Counted from the first letter of the stretch, positions 1 to 13,827 are shown. The stretch: DNA of 64,000 nt from Hyphomicrobiales bacterium (GCA_022838525.1 JALHFU010000002.1:8894-72893), one strand, 5' to 3'. Made by a program: numbers and translations. The notes: generated from the letters alone by a model not told the origin.

Positions 1-1302
<1,302 letters not shown>

Positions 1303-1589
1303 TGGGGATCACGATCATGCTGGGAATCATCTTCCCCTTATATAGGAGTTGGCGTGACAATTCCAAATCGCAGCCGCGGTTTTCCAGTGGCAATTCCGTG
1401 ACTGATTTCAACGGGTTATGAGGGGAAATCCGGCGTATCCGGGCGTGTTGCGCGCCATGCGGGAGAATTCCGGCCGCCCGCGTGCCGCAAACGCCCGAAT
1501 CGGCGCCTCCGGCTGCCTGCCTTTTCAGCAAACCGCGGCCCTGCGGGGTAGATCGCCGCGCGTCCCGGCAGACGCTGGAACGGCGATCC

Positions 1590-1652
1590 GTTTCCCCGCC
1601 CGGGCATCGATTCAGCCGCAAACCGGATTCCCCTTTCCGGCCCGATGCTCTA
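1590..1652. repeat. RIME1-like intergenic palindromic element
   Basis: GCATCG...CGATGCTCTAG with an internal AAACCGGATTCCCCTTTCCGG, resembling rhizobial intergenic mosaic elements. Confidence 0.55.
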
Positions 1653-1700
1653 GGAAGGAAGACGGTTCCGGATGCGGCCGCGACAGGGGGAGGAACGCCG

Positions 1701-2330
1701 ATGCCGAGCTTCGACGTGCTGCTGAACGCCTCCGTCACCCTTCTGGTGACCATCGACCCGCCCGGCCTCGCGCCGCTCTTCCTTGCGCTCACCGGCGGCA
1801 TGAACCGCGCCGAGCGCTTTCAGGTGAGCCTGCGCGCCTCGACCATCGGCTTCGTGGTGCTGGCGGTGTTCGCGGTGGCCGGCGCGGCGATCCTGTCGAT
1901 GTTCGGCATCACGCTGCCCGCCTTCCGCGTCGCCGGCGGCCTGCTCCTGTTCTGGATCGCCTTCGAGATGATCTTCGAGCGCCGGCAGGAGCGCAAGAAC
2001 AGGAGCGCCGACAAGGCGATCACCATCGACCATATCCGCAACATCGCGGCCTTCCCGCTGGCGATCCCGCTGATCGCCGGCCCGGGCGCGATCTCGGCCG
2101 CGGTGCTTTTGTCCTCGTCGTTTCCGACGGCGGCGGGCACGGCGATGCTCGTCGCCATCATCGCGGCCTGCATCGCCATCACCTTCGTCGTGCTGGTGCT
2201 GTCGGAGCGGATCGACGGCTTTCTGGGCGAAACCGGCCGCTCGATCCTGACGCGGCTCCTCGGCGTCATCCTGGCCGCGCTCGCGGTGCAGTTCGTGGCC
2301 GACGGCATCAAGGCGCTGATGGCGGCGTGA
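1701..2330 (+). CDS. MarC family inner membrane protein
   Basis: ATG at 1701 after GGGAGG; hydrophobic; IDPPG, FRVAGG, FPLAIPLIAGPGAI and TRLLGVILAALAVQF motifs; position next to gyrA is typical of rhizobia. Confidence 0.92.
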   Translation: MPSFDVLLNASVTLLVTIDPPGLAPLFLALTGGMNRAERFQVSLRASTIGFVVLAVFAVAGAAILSMFGITLPAFRVAGGLLLFWIAFEMIFERRQERKNRSADKAITIDHIRNIAAFPLAIPLIAGPGAISAAVLLSSSFPTAAGTAMLVAIIAACIAITFVVLVLSERIDGFLGETGRSILTRLLGVILAALAVQFVADGIKALMAA

Positions 2331-2360
2331 CCGGCGGGCGGTTCGGGCGGCTGCCGGACG

Positions 2361-2399
2361 ATGAACGCGCCATGAACGGACGGTTCCGGGCCGGTTCAT
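2361..2399 (+). promoter_or_regulatory. Regulator site ATGAAC-N5-ATGAAC-N5-GTTC-N7-GTTCAT
   Basis: GAAC at 2363 and 2374, GTTC at 2383 and 2394 (11-bp period, inverted arrangement), just upstream of a TAGTTT -10-like hexamer at 2411. Confidence 0.6.
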
Positions 2400-2469
2400 G
2401 CCGCTGCGGATAGTTTGCGGTCAATCGCATCAGCGAGCCACGACAACCGCACCGCAGAAGGAGCCGGCC

Positions 2470-2862
2470 ATGTTCAAGTTTCTCAGGACCCTCACCCTTT
2501 CCGCCATCGTCGGCCTCGGTGCCATCGCCGCCATGCCCGCATCGGCCGAGGCCGCCAGCGGCTCGGTCTATCTCGGCTTCGGTTCCGGTCACGGGCCGAA
2601 TGTCGGCTTCCATTTCAACGATCGCGGCCGCCATCACTATCGCGGTCCCGACCGTCACGGCGACCGCTGGGGTTCCGGCCGTTACCATGCCCGCGAATGC
2701 TCGCCGCGCGAGGCGGTGAGGAAGGCCTCGCGCATGGGGCTGCGCAACGCCCGCGTGGTCGACACCAGCCGCCGCACCATCAGGGTCGCGGGCCGCGGCC
2801 ATGGCCACCGCCCGGCGGCCATCGTCTTCGGCAAGGCGCCGTCCTGCCCGGTCCTGCGCTGA
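2470..2862 (+). CDS. Secreted hypothetical protein (signal peptide, Gly/His/Arg-rich middle, C-terminal two-Cys domain)
   Basis: AAGGAG RBS; MFKFLRTLTLSAIVGLGAIAAMPASAEA signal peptide; ECSP...PSCPV. Confidence 0.8.
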   Translation: MFKFLRTLTLSAIVGLGAIAAMPASAEAASGSVYLGFGSGHGPNVGFHFNDRGRHHYRGPDRHGDRWGSGRYHARECSPREAVRKASRMGLRNARVVDTSRRTIRVAGRGHGHRPAAIVFGKAPSCPVLR

Positions 2863-2902
2863 TCGCCAGCGCCTTTCCGACGTCCCTCCCCTGACTTCCC
2901 TG

Positions 2903-2931
2903 GCGCCGGCAGTTTCCTGCCGGCGCTTTTT
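2903..2931 (+). terminator. Intrinsic terminator
   Basis: GCGCCGGCAG-TTTC-CTGCCGGCGC followed by TTTTT. Confidence 0.85.
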
Positions 2932-2940
2932 CGTCGGGGG

Positions 2941-3663
2941 CTACTGCGTGAGCTCGAAGGTCGCGTTGACCTGGATGCGGTAGACGTTCTCGCCGGCCTC
3001 GACCGGCACCGCGTCGGACTGCACCTCCATCCGGTAGGCGCGGCCGGCGGCTATCGGCATCGGCGGCTGCATGTAGGACTGCTCGGACAGCTCGACGATC
3101 GGGCCGAGGCCGACGCCGGCCGCCTCCGCCAGCGTGCGGGCGCGGGCGATGGCGTCCTCGACGGCGCGGCGGCGGGCTTCGGTGCGCGCCGCCGAGGCGT
3201 CGTCGTTGGTGAAGACGACGCTGCCGCCCTGGTTGACGCCGAGCGTCACCGAGCGGTCGATGATCTCGCCGACCTTCGAGATGTCGCGCACGCGCACGGT
3301 CAGCGTGTTCGTCACCTGATAGGCGACGATCCGCGGCTGCTCCTCGGCGTTGTTCTGCGGGTAGACGTAGCGCGGGTTGATCTGCAGGCCGCTCGTCTGG
3401 AGGTCGCGGCTTTCGATGCCGGCCTCCTTCATCGCCGCCACCACGTCGGCGGTCGCCTTGTTGTTCTCGTCGAGCGCCTCGCGCGCGGTCTGCGCCTCGC
3501 GCAGCACCGACAGGGTCACGACGGCCAGATCGGGGGTCACCGCGGCCTCGCCTTCGCCGGCCACGACGATGCGCGGGGCGGGATTGCGCGCTTCCTGCGC
3601 GACGGCGGCATGCGGGAGGGCCATCGCGGCGGCGGCGAGGAGCGGGATGTATCGGCGATTCAT
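2941..3663 (-). CDS. SIMPL (DUF541) periplasmic protein, BP26/Omp28-like
   Basis: Signal peptide; VAGEGEAAVTPDLAVVTLSV, YQVTNTLTVRVRD and AVEDAIARARTLAEAAG motifs. Confidence 0.9.
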   Translation of the reverse strand: MNRRYIPLLAAAAMALPHAAVAQEARNPAPRIVVAGEGEAAVTPDLAVVTLSVLREAQTAREALDENNKATADVVAAMKEAGIESRDLQTSGLQINPRYVYPQNNAEEQPRIVAYQVTNTLTVRVRDISKVGEIIDRSVTLGVNQGGSVVFTNDDASAARTEARRRAVEDAIARARTLAEAAGVGLGPIVELSEQSYMQPPMPIAAGRAYRMEVQSDAVPVEAGENVYRIQVNATFELTQ

Positions 3664-3774
3664 GTCTGTCTCCGCAGATGTGATGCAAGGGCCGCGGCAA
3701 TAGACGGGGAATATGGGTGGATTGCGGCGGCGGTCTTGTGCGGGACCAGAAAACCCACTAGGTCACCCGCCGTG

Positions 3775-3850
3775 GGGCCTGTAGCTCAATGGTTAGAGCC
3801 GGCGGCTCATAACCGCTTGGTTGGGGGTTCGAGTCCCTCCGGGCCCACCA
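3775..3850 (+). tRNA. tRNA-Ile2 (anticodon CAT, lysidine-modified); often auto-annotated as tRNA-Met
   Basis: 76-nt cloverleaf GGGCCTG...GGCGG-CT-CAT-AA-CCGCT...TTCGAGT...CGGGCCCACCA with encoded CCA; paired 1:72 and no GGG/CCC anticodon stem, so not fMet; resembles ileX-type tRNAs. Confidence 0.93.
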
Positions 3851-4245
3851 TTTTCTCGCTCACGCCGAGCTCGCTTCGCTCGCCGGCTCCGCGGGGGCGG
3901 GCGAAAGCCCGGGCCGCAGTCGCGGCCTTGTTCAGGCTCGCGGATTCTCCGCTCGCCTTCACCCGTTTTCACCCGCATCGAAGCCGTTGAGTGAAAGCCT
4001 GCATGCTGGCCGAGACGAACCTCCGCAGCCGTACACATTGCAGAGGAAAAAAAATCCCCTCGCTGCCGGAGCCGGATTGCCACGCTTCTCGACGGACAAA
4101 CGTGTGGCGATCCGCCTTCTTCGCGCACCGGAACCGCCCGGAAACCGAACGCCGCGTTTCGGCGCGATGTTTCGGGAACGCCCTGCCCGATCAGCCGATC
4201 ACGACGAGCGGGTGCGGATGCCCGTCGCGACGCCGCAACCCCGCC

Positions 4246-4758
4246 TCAGAACGGGATTTCGTCGTCGAGGTCGCGCGAGTAGCCACCGCCGCCGCTCTGG
4301 CTGCGGTTCTCCGACGGGCTGGACTGGCCGAAGTCCGAGCCGCGGCCGCCTCCCTGATAGCCGCCGCTGCCGCGGTCGTAGCCGACCTGGCCGCCGCCGC
4401 CCTCGCCGCGCGCGTCCAGCATCTGGAGCTCGCCGCGGAACTTCTGCAGCACCACCTCGGTGGTGTAGCGGTCCTGGCCCTGCTGGTCCTGCCACTTGCG
4501 GGTCTGCAACTGACCCTCGACATAGACTTTCATGCCCTTCTTCAGATACTGCTCGGCCACCTTGGCGAGGTTGTCGTTGAAGATGACGACATTGTGCCAC
4601 TCGGTCTTTTCCCGGCGCTCGCCGCTCATCTTGTCGCGCCACGTCTCCGACGTCGCGATGCGCAGGTTGACGACCGGATCGCCGGAGTTGAGCCGCCTGA
4701 TTTCCGGATCCGCGCCCAGATTACCGACCAGAATGACCTTGTTGACGCTGCCCGCCAT
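4246..4758 (-). CDS. ssb: Single-stranded DNA-binding protein
   Basis: [19 protein letters not shown]...[11 protein letters not shown]...DLDDEIPF acidic tail. Confidence 0.98.
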   Translation of the reverse strand: MAGSVNKVILVGNLGADPEIRRLNSGDPVVNLRIATSETWRDKMSGERREKTEWHNVVIFNDNLAKVAEQYLKKGMKVYVEGQLQTRKWQDQQGQDRYTTEVVLQKFRGELQMLDARGEGGGGQVGYDRGSGGYQGGGRGSDFGQSSPSENRSQSGGGGYSRDLDDEIPF

Positions 4759-4973
4759 AACGCTCTCCTGCGCTCGTCCTAAACCTGAAGTCGCGGCACA
4801 CTATCCGAACCCCGCCGCGGATGCGCCGCCTGCCGCCGCCCGCCGGCGTTTCGTCCACAGTTTTAGCGCACCGTGCGCCCTTACGGGGCGTGCCGGCGAC
4901 TACCTGCTCCGGGGCGCGGGGTTCGTTCCAAGCCGCGTCCCTTTCCCCCGATCGGACACTCCAAAGCCTTATC

Positions 4974-4988
4974 GTTCCTTTTTTGTTC
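4974..4988. promoter_or_regulatory. LexA (SOS) box upstream of ssb
   Basis: GTTC-CTTTTTT-GTTC, exact match to the alphaproteobacterial GTTC-N7-GTTC consensus. Confidence 0.85.
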
Positions 4989-5139
4989 CATAACACAAAC
5001 CCGGCCGTCCTGACAATCCGTTCCTGCTGGCCGTTCCCGCCGGCCGTTCCTGGCGGGCCTCCGCTTTCGCCCGCACGCCTGCATCGTTCGGAAACGCCGG
5101 ATGCCTGCCCCCCTTGCCGGCTGGCGTGGAAAACCTTGC

Positions 5140-5179
5140 AACGGAAAGCCCCGCCGCTCGCAGGTGGAGCGGACGGGGC
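5140..5179 (-). terminator. Putative minus-strand intrinsic terminator
   Basis: Minus strand GCCCCG-T-CCGCTC-CACCTGC-GAGCGG-CGGGGC followed by TTTCCGTT. Confidence 0.5.
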
Positions 5180-5605
5180 ATGGTTGAGCCTCAAGCTCTG
5201 TCATTGCCGGAACAACATAACCGGCTGTCTTTCGGATGCGTCTCGGGTCGCTGCCCGATGATCCGACCAATCGTCAGATTGTAGGGTGATGCGACGAAGG
5301 CAGTTCCAGCGGGTCATTCAGACGCCGGCGGGCTTGCTATCGCCGTGGCTCCACGCCGTGGTGGAGCCTGCCAAGTTGGTCCGGTGGAGTCATGCCTCCC
5401 TCCCTTCTCGGTTTCTCCTGATGCAGATGCGCTCAAGCCGAGCCGTGTTTCCGATGCCGCGCGGGCATTCGAGGACGACCGCCAAGGCGAGCTTCATCTG
5501 ACAGGTGGAAGTCTAGCCCGGCATGCCGTGGCGTCAACCGCCGAGCCGGCTGCTGCAACAATTCGTGATCATCCGCGCCCGGTTTCTCTGGCTCAGTGGA
5601 ATTTC

Positions 5606-5620
5606 GTTCGCTCTCTGTTC
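5606..5620. promoter_or_regulatory. LexA (SOS) box upstream of uvrA
   Basis: GTTC-GCTCTCT-GTTC, ~155 bp before the uvrA ATG. Confidence 0.85.
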
Positions 5621-5774
5621 TTTTTGCTTGCCCTGCCGCGCCGAACGCGCGAAAAGCCATCTGCGGGTTTTCCCGCGCGGCGCCTCGACGGAGGGCAGCG
5701 GCGCCACCATATGCGGCTTCGGCCGGCGCCGCGCGGGGCGCCGGCATCTCCTGATGCAAGGCGGCGTAGAGGTC

Positions 5775-8699
5775 ATGGCGGACCAGAAGTTCATATCCAT
5801 TCGCGGCGCGCGCGAGCACAACCTCAAGAATATCGACCTCGATCTGCCGCGCGACCGGCTGATCGTGATGACCGGCCTGTCCGGCTCCGGCAAGTCGTCG
5901 CTCGCCTTCGACACCATCTATGCCGAGGGGCAGCGGCGCTATGTCGAGAGCCTGTCGGCCTATGCCCGCCAGTTCCTCGAGATGATGCAGAAGCCCGACG
6001 TCGACCAGATCGACGGGCTGTCGCCGGCGATCTCCATCGAGCAGAAGACGACGTCGAAGAACCCGCGCTCGACGGTCGGCACCGTCACCGAGATCTACGA
6101 CTACATGCGCCTTCTGTTCGCGCGCGTCGGCGTGCCCTACTCGCCGGCGACCGGCCTGCCGATCGAGAGCCAGACCGTGTCGCAGATGGTCGACCGGGTT
6201 CTGGCGCTGGAGGAAGGCACGCGCCTCTACATCACCGCGCCGATCGTGCGCGGCCGCAAGGGCGAATACCGCAAGGAGCTCGCCGAGCTGCAGAAGAAGG
6301 GCTTCCAGCGAGTCAAGGTCGACGGCGCGTTCTACGAGATCGCCGACGCGCCGGCGCTCGACAAGAAATACAAGCACGACATCGACGTGGTGGTCGACCG
6401 CCTCGTGGTGCGGTCCGACATCGCCTCGCGGCTGGCGGATTCGCTGGAGACGGCGCTGAAGCTCGCCGACGGCATCGCCGTCGCCGAGTTCGCCGACCGG
6501 CCGCTGCCGGAGGAGCAGACCGGCGAGGACGCGGTCAACAAATCCAAGAACGAAACCCACGAACGCATTCTTTTCTCTGAGAAATTCGCCTGTCCTGTCT
6601 CGGGCTTCACCATTCCCGAGATCGAGCCGCGGCTGTTCTCGTTCAACAACCCGTTCGGCGCCTGCTCGGCCTGCGACGGGCTCGGCACCCAGCGCGCCAT
6701 CGACCCGGATCTCGTGGTGCCGGAGGAGCACGTGTCGCTGCGCGAAGGCGCCGTCGCGCCCTGGGCGAAATCGACCTCGCCCTACTATCTCCAGACGCTG
6801 GAGGCGCTGGGCAAGGTCTACGGCTTCAAGGTCGGCGACCGCTGGCGCGAGCTGCCCGACGAGGCGAAGAACGCCATCCTCTACGGCACCGGCGAGCGCA
6901 GGATCGAGTTCGCCTATGACGACGGCGTGCGCGCCTACAAGACCTCGAAGACCTTCGAAGGCGTGATCCCGAACCTCGAGCGGCGGTGGAAGGAGACGGA
7001 GTCGGCCTGGATGCGCGAGGAGATCGAGCGCTTCATGTCGTCCAGCCCCTGCCCGGCCTGCAACGGCTACCGCCTCAAGCCCGAGGCGCTGGCGGTCAAG
7101 GTCGGCGGCCTGCACATCGGCGAAGTCACCGAGATGTCGATCCGCAAGGCGGACCGCTGGTTCACCGAGCTGCCGGAGAGGCTGACCGAGAAGCAGAACG
7201 AGATCGCCGTCCGCATCCTCAAGGAGATCCGCGAGCGGCTGCGCTTCCTCAACGACGTCGGGCTCGACTATCTGACGCTGTCGCGCAACTCGGGGACGCT
7301 GTCGGGCGGCGAGAGCCAGCGCATCCGGCTTGCCTCGCAGATCGGCTCCGGCCTGACCGGCGTGCTCTACGTGCTCGACGAGCCGTCCATCGGCCTGCAC
7401 CAGCGCGACAATGCGCGGCTCCTCGACACGCTCAAGCACCTGCGCGACCTCGGCAACACGGTGATCGTGGTCGAGCACGACGAGGACGCGGTGCTGACGG
7501 CCGACTATGTCGTCGATATCGGCCCGGCGGCGGGCGTGCATGGCGGCCGGGTCATCGCCCGGGGCACGCCGGCCGAGATCATGGCCAACCCCAATTCGCT
7601 GACCGGGCAATACCTGTCGGGCGCGCTCGGCATCGCCGTGCCGGCCGAGCGGCGCAAGGGCAAGAAGGGCAAGCGCATCAAGGTCGTCGGCGCGCGCGGC
7701 AACAACCTGAAGGACGTGACGGCGGAAATCCCGCTCGGCACCTTCACCTGCGTCACCGGCGTGTCGGGCGGCGGCAAGTCCACCTTCCTGATCGAGACGC
7801 TCTACAAGGCCGCCTCGCGCCGCATCATGGGCTCGCGCGAGCAGCCCGCGCCGCACGAGCGCATCGAGGGGCTGGAGTTCCTCGACAAGGTCATCGACAT
7901 CGACCAGTCGCCGATCGGGCGCACGCCGCGGTCCAATCCGGCCACCTATACCGGCGCGTTCACGCCGATCCGCGACTGGTTCGCGGGCCTGCCCGAGGCC
8001 AAGGCGCGCGGCTACCAGCCGGGGCGCTTCTCTTTCAACGTCAAGGGCGGGCGCTGCGAGGCGTGCCAGGGCGACGGCGTCATCAAGATCGAGATGCACT
8101 TCCTGCCCGACGTCTACGTCACCTGCGACGTCTGCCACGGCAAGCGCTACAACCGCGAGACGCTGGAGGTGCTGTTCAAGGGCAAGTCGATCGCCGACGT
8201 GCTCGACATGACGGTCGAGGAAGGCGTCGAGTTCTTCTCGGCGGTGCCCGCCGTGCGCGACAAGCTGGAGACGCTGAAGAAGGTCGGCCTCGGCTACATC
8301 CATATCGGCCAGCAGGCGACGACGCTGTCGGGCGGCGAGGCGCAGCGCATCAAGCTCGCCAAGGAGCTGTCGCGCAAGGCGACCGGCAAGACGCTCTACA
8401 TCCTCGACGAGCCGACGACGGGCCTGCACTTCCACGACGTCGCCAAGCTGCTGGAAGTGCTGCACGAGCTGGTCGAGCAGGGCAACACCGTAGTGGTGAT
8501 CGAGCACAATCTCGAGGTCATCAAGACCGCCGACTGGCTGCTCGACCTCGGGCCGGACGGCGGCGACGGCGGCGGCGAGCTCGTGGCGGCCGGCACGCCG
8601 GAGGACGTCGTCGCCGAGCCGCGCAGCTACACCGGCCAGTTCCTCAAGGAGCTGCTGGAGCGGCGGCCGGGCCTGAGAAAGCGCGAGGCGGCGGAATAG
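5775..8699 (+). CDS. uvrA: Excinuclease ABC subunit A
   Basis: [11 protein letters not shown]; two Walker A motifs ([16 protein letters not shown]); LSGGE signatures; Zn fingers. Confidence 0.99.
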   Translation: MADQKFISIRGAREHNLKNIDLDLPRDRLIVMTGLSGSGKSSLAFDTIYAEGQRRYVESLSAYARQFLEMMQKPDVDQIDGLSPAISIEQKTTSKNPRSTVGTVTEIYDYMRLLFARVGVPYSPATGLPIESQTVSQMVDRVLALEEGTRLYITAPIVRGRKGEYRKELAELQKKGFQRVKVDGAFYEIADAPALDKKYKHDIDVVVDRLVVRSDIASRLADSLETALKLADGIAVAEFADRPLPEEQTGEDAVNKSKNETHERILFSEKFACPVSGFTIPEIEPRLFSFNNPFGACSACDGLGTQRAIDPDLVVPEEHVSLREGAVAPWAKSTSPYYLQTLEALGKVYGFKVGDRWRELPDEAKNAILYGTGERRIEFAYDDGVRAYKTSKTFEGVIPNLERRWKETESAWMREEIERFMSSSPCPACNGYRLKPEALAVKVGGLHIGEVTEMSIRKADRWFTELPERLTEKQNEIAVRILKEIRERLRFLNDVGLDYLTLSRNSGTLSGGESQRIRLASQIGSGLTGVLYVLDEPSIGLHQRDNARLLDTLKHLRDLGNTVIVVEHDEDAVLTADYVVDIGPAAGVHGGRVIARGTPAEIMANPNSLTGQYLSGALGIAVPAERRKGKKGKRIKVVGARGNNLKDVTAEIPLGTFTCVTGVSGGGKSTFLIETLYKAASRRIMGSREQPAPHERIEGLEFLDKVIDIDQSPIGRTPRSNPATYTGAFTPIRDWFAGLPEAKARGYQPGRFSFNVKGGRCEACQGDGVIKIEMHFLPDVYVTCDVCHGKRYNRETLEVLFKGKSIADVLDMTVEEGVEFFSAVPAVRDKLETLKKVGLGYIHIGQQATTLSGGEAQRIKLAKELSRKATGKTLYILDEPTTGLHFHDVAKLLEVLHELVEQGNTVVVIEHNLEVIKTADWLLDLGPDGGDGGGELVAAGTPEDVVAEPRSYTGQFLKELLERRPGLRKREAAE

Positions 8700-8779
8700 C
8701 CTTGCTCCGGCCTGCACCGGCGGGCCGGGAACCCGACGGGCGGCGCGGTCCGCGGCGGACAATGGAAGGGAGTTCGGAC

Positions 8780-9406
8780 GTGATCCTGATCGGCCAGTAC
8801 GATTCATCCTTCGTCCGGCGCGTCGGCATCGCGCTCAGGCTGTACGACATGCCGTTCGAGCATCGGCCGTGGTCGGTGTTCGGCGATGCCGAGAAGATCG
8901 CGGCGCTGAACCCGCTGACGCGGGTGCCGACGCTGGTGCTCGACGACGGCGAGGTGCTGGTCGACAGCGTGACCATTCTCGATCATCTCGACGAGCTCGC
9001 CGGCGCGGATCGGGCGATGCATCCCCCTTCGGGCGCCGCCCGCCGGGAGTCGGTCCGGATCGCGACGCTGGCGAGCGGCATCGCCGACAAGACGGTCAGC
9101 CTGTTCTACGAGCGCCGGCTGCACGACACCGTCTCGGCCGCCTGGGAGGAGCGGTGCCTGAAGCAGATCCGCGGCACGCTCGCGGCGCTCGAAGCCGACC
9201 GCGCCGGCCGTGCCGGCCCCTACTGGTTCGGCGAGCGGATCGGCCATGCCGACATCGCCGTGGCGGCATCCTTGCGCCACATGCGCGATTCCCATCCCGA
9301 TCTCGCCAATCTTGGCGCCTGTCCGGCGCTCGCCGCCCATTGCGAGACGCTGGAGGCGATGCCCGTCTTCCGCGAGATATCGCAGCCCTTCATCCCGCCG
9401 GCATGA
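8780..9406 (+). CDS. Glutathione S-transferase family protein
   Basis: GTG start after GGGAG; LIGQYDSSFVRRV, NPLTRVPTL, DSVTILDHLD and IGHADIAV motifs. Confidence 0.9.
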   Translation: MILIGQYDSSFVRRVGIALRLYDMPFEHRPWSVFGDAEKIAALNPLTRVPTLVLDDGEVLVDSVTILDHLDELAGADRAMHPPSGAARRESVRIATLASGIADKTVSLFYERRLHDTVSAAWEERCLKQIRGTLAALEADRAGRAGPYWFGERIGHADIAVAASLRHMRDSHPDLANLGACPALAAHCETLEAMPVFREISQPFIPPA

Positions 9407-9467
9407 AACGGGTTGCGCCGGAAAGGCCCGTGGCCCCGATAGGCGCCGGCAAAGGCAGGAGGTCCGA

Positions 9468-10268
9468 ATGGTCACGTCAGGAACGATCCGCGCAGGCATG
9501 GGCGGCTGGACCTTCGAGCCGTGGGAAGGCAGCTTCTATCCCGACAAGCTCGCGAAGGCGAAGCAACTCCGCCATGCGTCGCGCGAGGTGAGGACCATCG
9601 AGGTCAACGGCACCTACTATTCGACGTTCAAGCCCGAGACCTTCGCCAAATGGGCAGCCGACGCGCCCGACGATTTCGTGTTCTCGCTGAAGGCGATCCG
9701 CTTCGCCACCAACCGCCGCGTGCTGGCGGAAGCCGGCGAGTCCGTGCAGCGGTTCCTCGATTCCGGGGTGGCGGAGCTCGGCGAGAAACTCGGGCCGATC
9801 CTGTGGCAGTTCGCGCCGACGAAGAAGTTCGACGCCGCCGATTTCGAAGGTTTTCTCAAGGTGCTGCCGGCAAGGCAGGACGGCGTGCCGCTGCGCCATG
9901 CGCTCGAGGTGCGCCACGACAGCTTTGTTGTGCCGGAGTTCGTGGCGCTGGCGCGGAAATACGGCACCGCCATCGTCTATGCCCATCATGCCGTCTATCC
10001 CGGGATCGCGGACGTGACCGGCGATTTCGTCTATGCCCGGCTGCAGCGCGGCAGCGACGACAACGAGAACTGCTACCGCGAGGACGAGCTCGACGGCTGG
10101 GCCGCGCGGGCGAAGGAATGGGCGGCCGGCGGGCAGCCGGGCGACCTGCCCTGTGCCGATCCCTCCGTCGCGGCCGCGAGGAAGCCGCGCGACGTGTTCG
10201 TCTACTTCATCACCGAGGGCAAGTCGCGCGCGCCCTTCGGCGCGATGGCGCTGCAAAAGCGCGTCGGT

Positions 10269-10274
<6 letters not shown>
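9468..10274 (+). CDS. DUF72 domain protein
   Basis: GMGGWTFEPWEGSFYP, IEVNGTYY, FSLKA, LGPILWQF, YARL motifs; AGGAGG RBS. Confidence 0.92.
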
Positions 10275-12312
<2,038 letters not shown>

Positions 12313-12363
12313 GTGCCGGGAAACCGGCGTCACCAATTTCATTACCTTGAAGGAAGGCAGCAA

Positions 12364-13773
12364 ATGACCACAGCAGCAGACATCCTGAAGCAGATCAGGG
12401 ACAACGACGTGAAGTTCGTGGACCTGCGCTTCACCGATCCGAAGGGCAAGCTCCAGCACGTCACGATGGATGTCGGCGTGGTGGACGAGGACATGTTCAC
12501 CGACGGCGTGATGTTCGACGGTTCCTCGATCGCCGGCTGGAAGGCGATCAACGAGTCCGACATGGTGCTGATGCCCGACGTCGAGACCGCCCACATGGAC
12601 CCGTTCTTCGCGCAGTCGACGCTGGTGCTGCTGTGCGACATCCTCGATCCGGTCTCCGGCGAGCCCTATGGCCGCGACCCGCGCGGCATCGCGCGCAAGG
12701 CGGAAGCCTATCTGAAGGCCGAAGGCATCGGCGACACCGTCTATGTCGGCCCCGAGGCCGAGTTCTTCGTCTTCGACGACGTCAAGTTCAAGGCCGACCC
12801 CTACAACACCGGCTTCAAGCTCGACTCCAGCGAGCTGCCGTCCAATGACGACACCGACTACGAGACCGGCAATCTCGGCCACCGCCCGCGCGTCAAGGGC
12901 GGCTATTTCCCGGTGCCGCCGGTCGACTCGCTGCAGGACATGCGCTCCGAGATGCTGACGGTCCTGACCGAGATGGGCGTCGTGGTCGAGAAGCACCACC
13001 ACGAGGTGGCGGCGGCCCAGCACGAGCTCGGCGTCAAGTTCGACACGCTGCTGCGCAACGCCGACAAGATGCAGCTCTACAAATATGTCGTGCACCAGGT
13101 CGCCAACGCCTACGGCAAGACCGCGACCTTCATGCCGAAGCCGGTGTTCGGCGACAACGGCTCGGGCATGCACGTCCACATGTCGATCTGGAAGGGCGGC
13201 AAGCCGACCTTCGCCGGCAACGAATATGCCGGCCTGTCGGAGAGCTGCCTGTTCTTCATCGGCGGCATCATCAAGCACGCCAAGGCGATCAACGCCTTCA
13301 CCAACCCGCTGACCAACTCCTACAAGCGTCTGGTTCCGGGCTACGAGGCGCCGGTGCTGCTCGCCTATTCGGCGCGCAACCGCTCGGCCTCGTGCCGCAT
13401 CCCCTTCGGCTCGTCGCCGAAGGCCAAGCGCGTCGAGATCCGCTTCCCCGATCCGGGCGCGAACCCCTATCTCGGCTTCGCCGCGCTGCTGATGGCCGGC
13501 ATCGACGGCATCAAGAACAAGATCCATCCGGGCCAGCCCATGGACAAGGATCTCTACGACCTGCCGGCGAAGGAGCTGAAGCAGATCCCGACCGTCAGCG
13601 GTTCGCTGCGCGAGGCGCTGGTCAACCTCGACAAGGACCGCGCCTTCCTCAAGGCCGGCGGCGTGTTCGACGACGACCAGATCGACGCCTTCATCGAGCT
13701 GAAGATGGCCGAGGTGATGCGCTTCGAGATGACGCCGCACCCGGTCGAGTTCGACATGTACTACTCGGTCTGA
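12364..13773 (+). CDS. glnA: Glutamine synthetase type I
   Basis: [36 protein letters not shown] and MDKDLYDLP (adenylylation site) motifs. Confidence 0.99.
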   Translation: MTTAADILKQIRDNDVKFVDLRFTDPKGKLQHVTMDVGVVDEDMFTDGVMFDGSSIAGWKAINESDMVLMPDVETAHMDPFFAQSTLVLLCDILDPVSGEPYGRDPRGIARKAEAYLKAEGIGDTVYVGPEAEFFVFDDVKFKADPYNTGFKLDSSELPSNDDTDYETGNLGHRPRVKGGYFPVPPVDSLQDMRSEMLTVLTEMGVVVEKHHHEVAAAQHELGVKFDTLLRNADKMQLYKYVVHQVANAYGKTATFMPKPVFGDNGSGMHVHMSIWKGGKPTFAGNEYAGLSESCLFFIGGIIKHAKAINAFTNPLTNSYKRLVPGYEAPVLLAYSARNRSASCRIPFGSSPKAKRVEIRFPDPGANPYLGFAALLMAGIDGIKNKIHPGQPMDKDLYDLPAKELKQIPTVSGSLREALVNLDKDRAFLKAGGVFDDDQIDAFIELKMAEVMRFEMTPHPVEFDMYYSV

Positions 13774-13792
13774 TCCTCCAGCCGACGACCGC

Positions 13793-13827
13793 GAAGCCGG
13801 GGCGCATCCGCGCCCCGGTTTCTTTTT
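13793..13827 (+). terminator. Intrinsic terminator after glnA
   Basis: GAAGCCGGGGCGC-ATCC-GCGCCCCGGTTTC followed by TTTTT. Confidence 0.85.

Noticed and set aside
3775..4245. tRNA as an integration site for a genomic island
   Set aside because: No integrase and no duplicated tRNA 3' end was found; core genes resume immediately.
6130..6610. UvrA first zinc-finger cysteines degenerate (YSPATG / CPVSG)
   Set aside because: Common in alphaproteobacterial UvrA; not a lesion.
6986..9406. 806-aa ORF that seems to fuse an Arg-rich region to GST (similar cases at lolD, nuoD, nuoB, mazG 52931-54325)
   Set aside because: Upstream parts are stop-free alternate frames of the neighbouring gene; the real starts have their own RBS further downstream.
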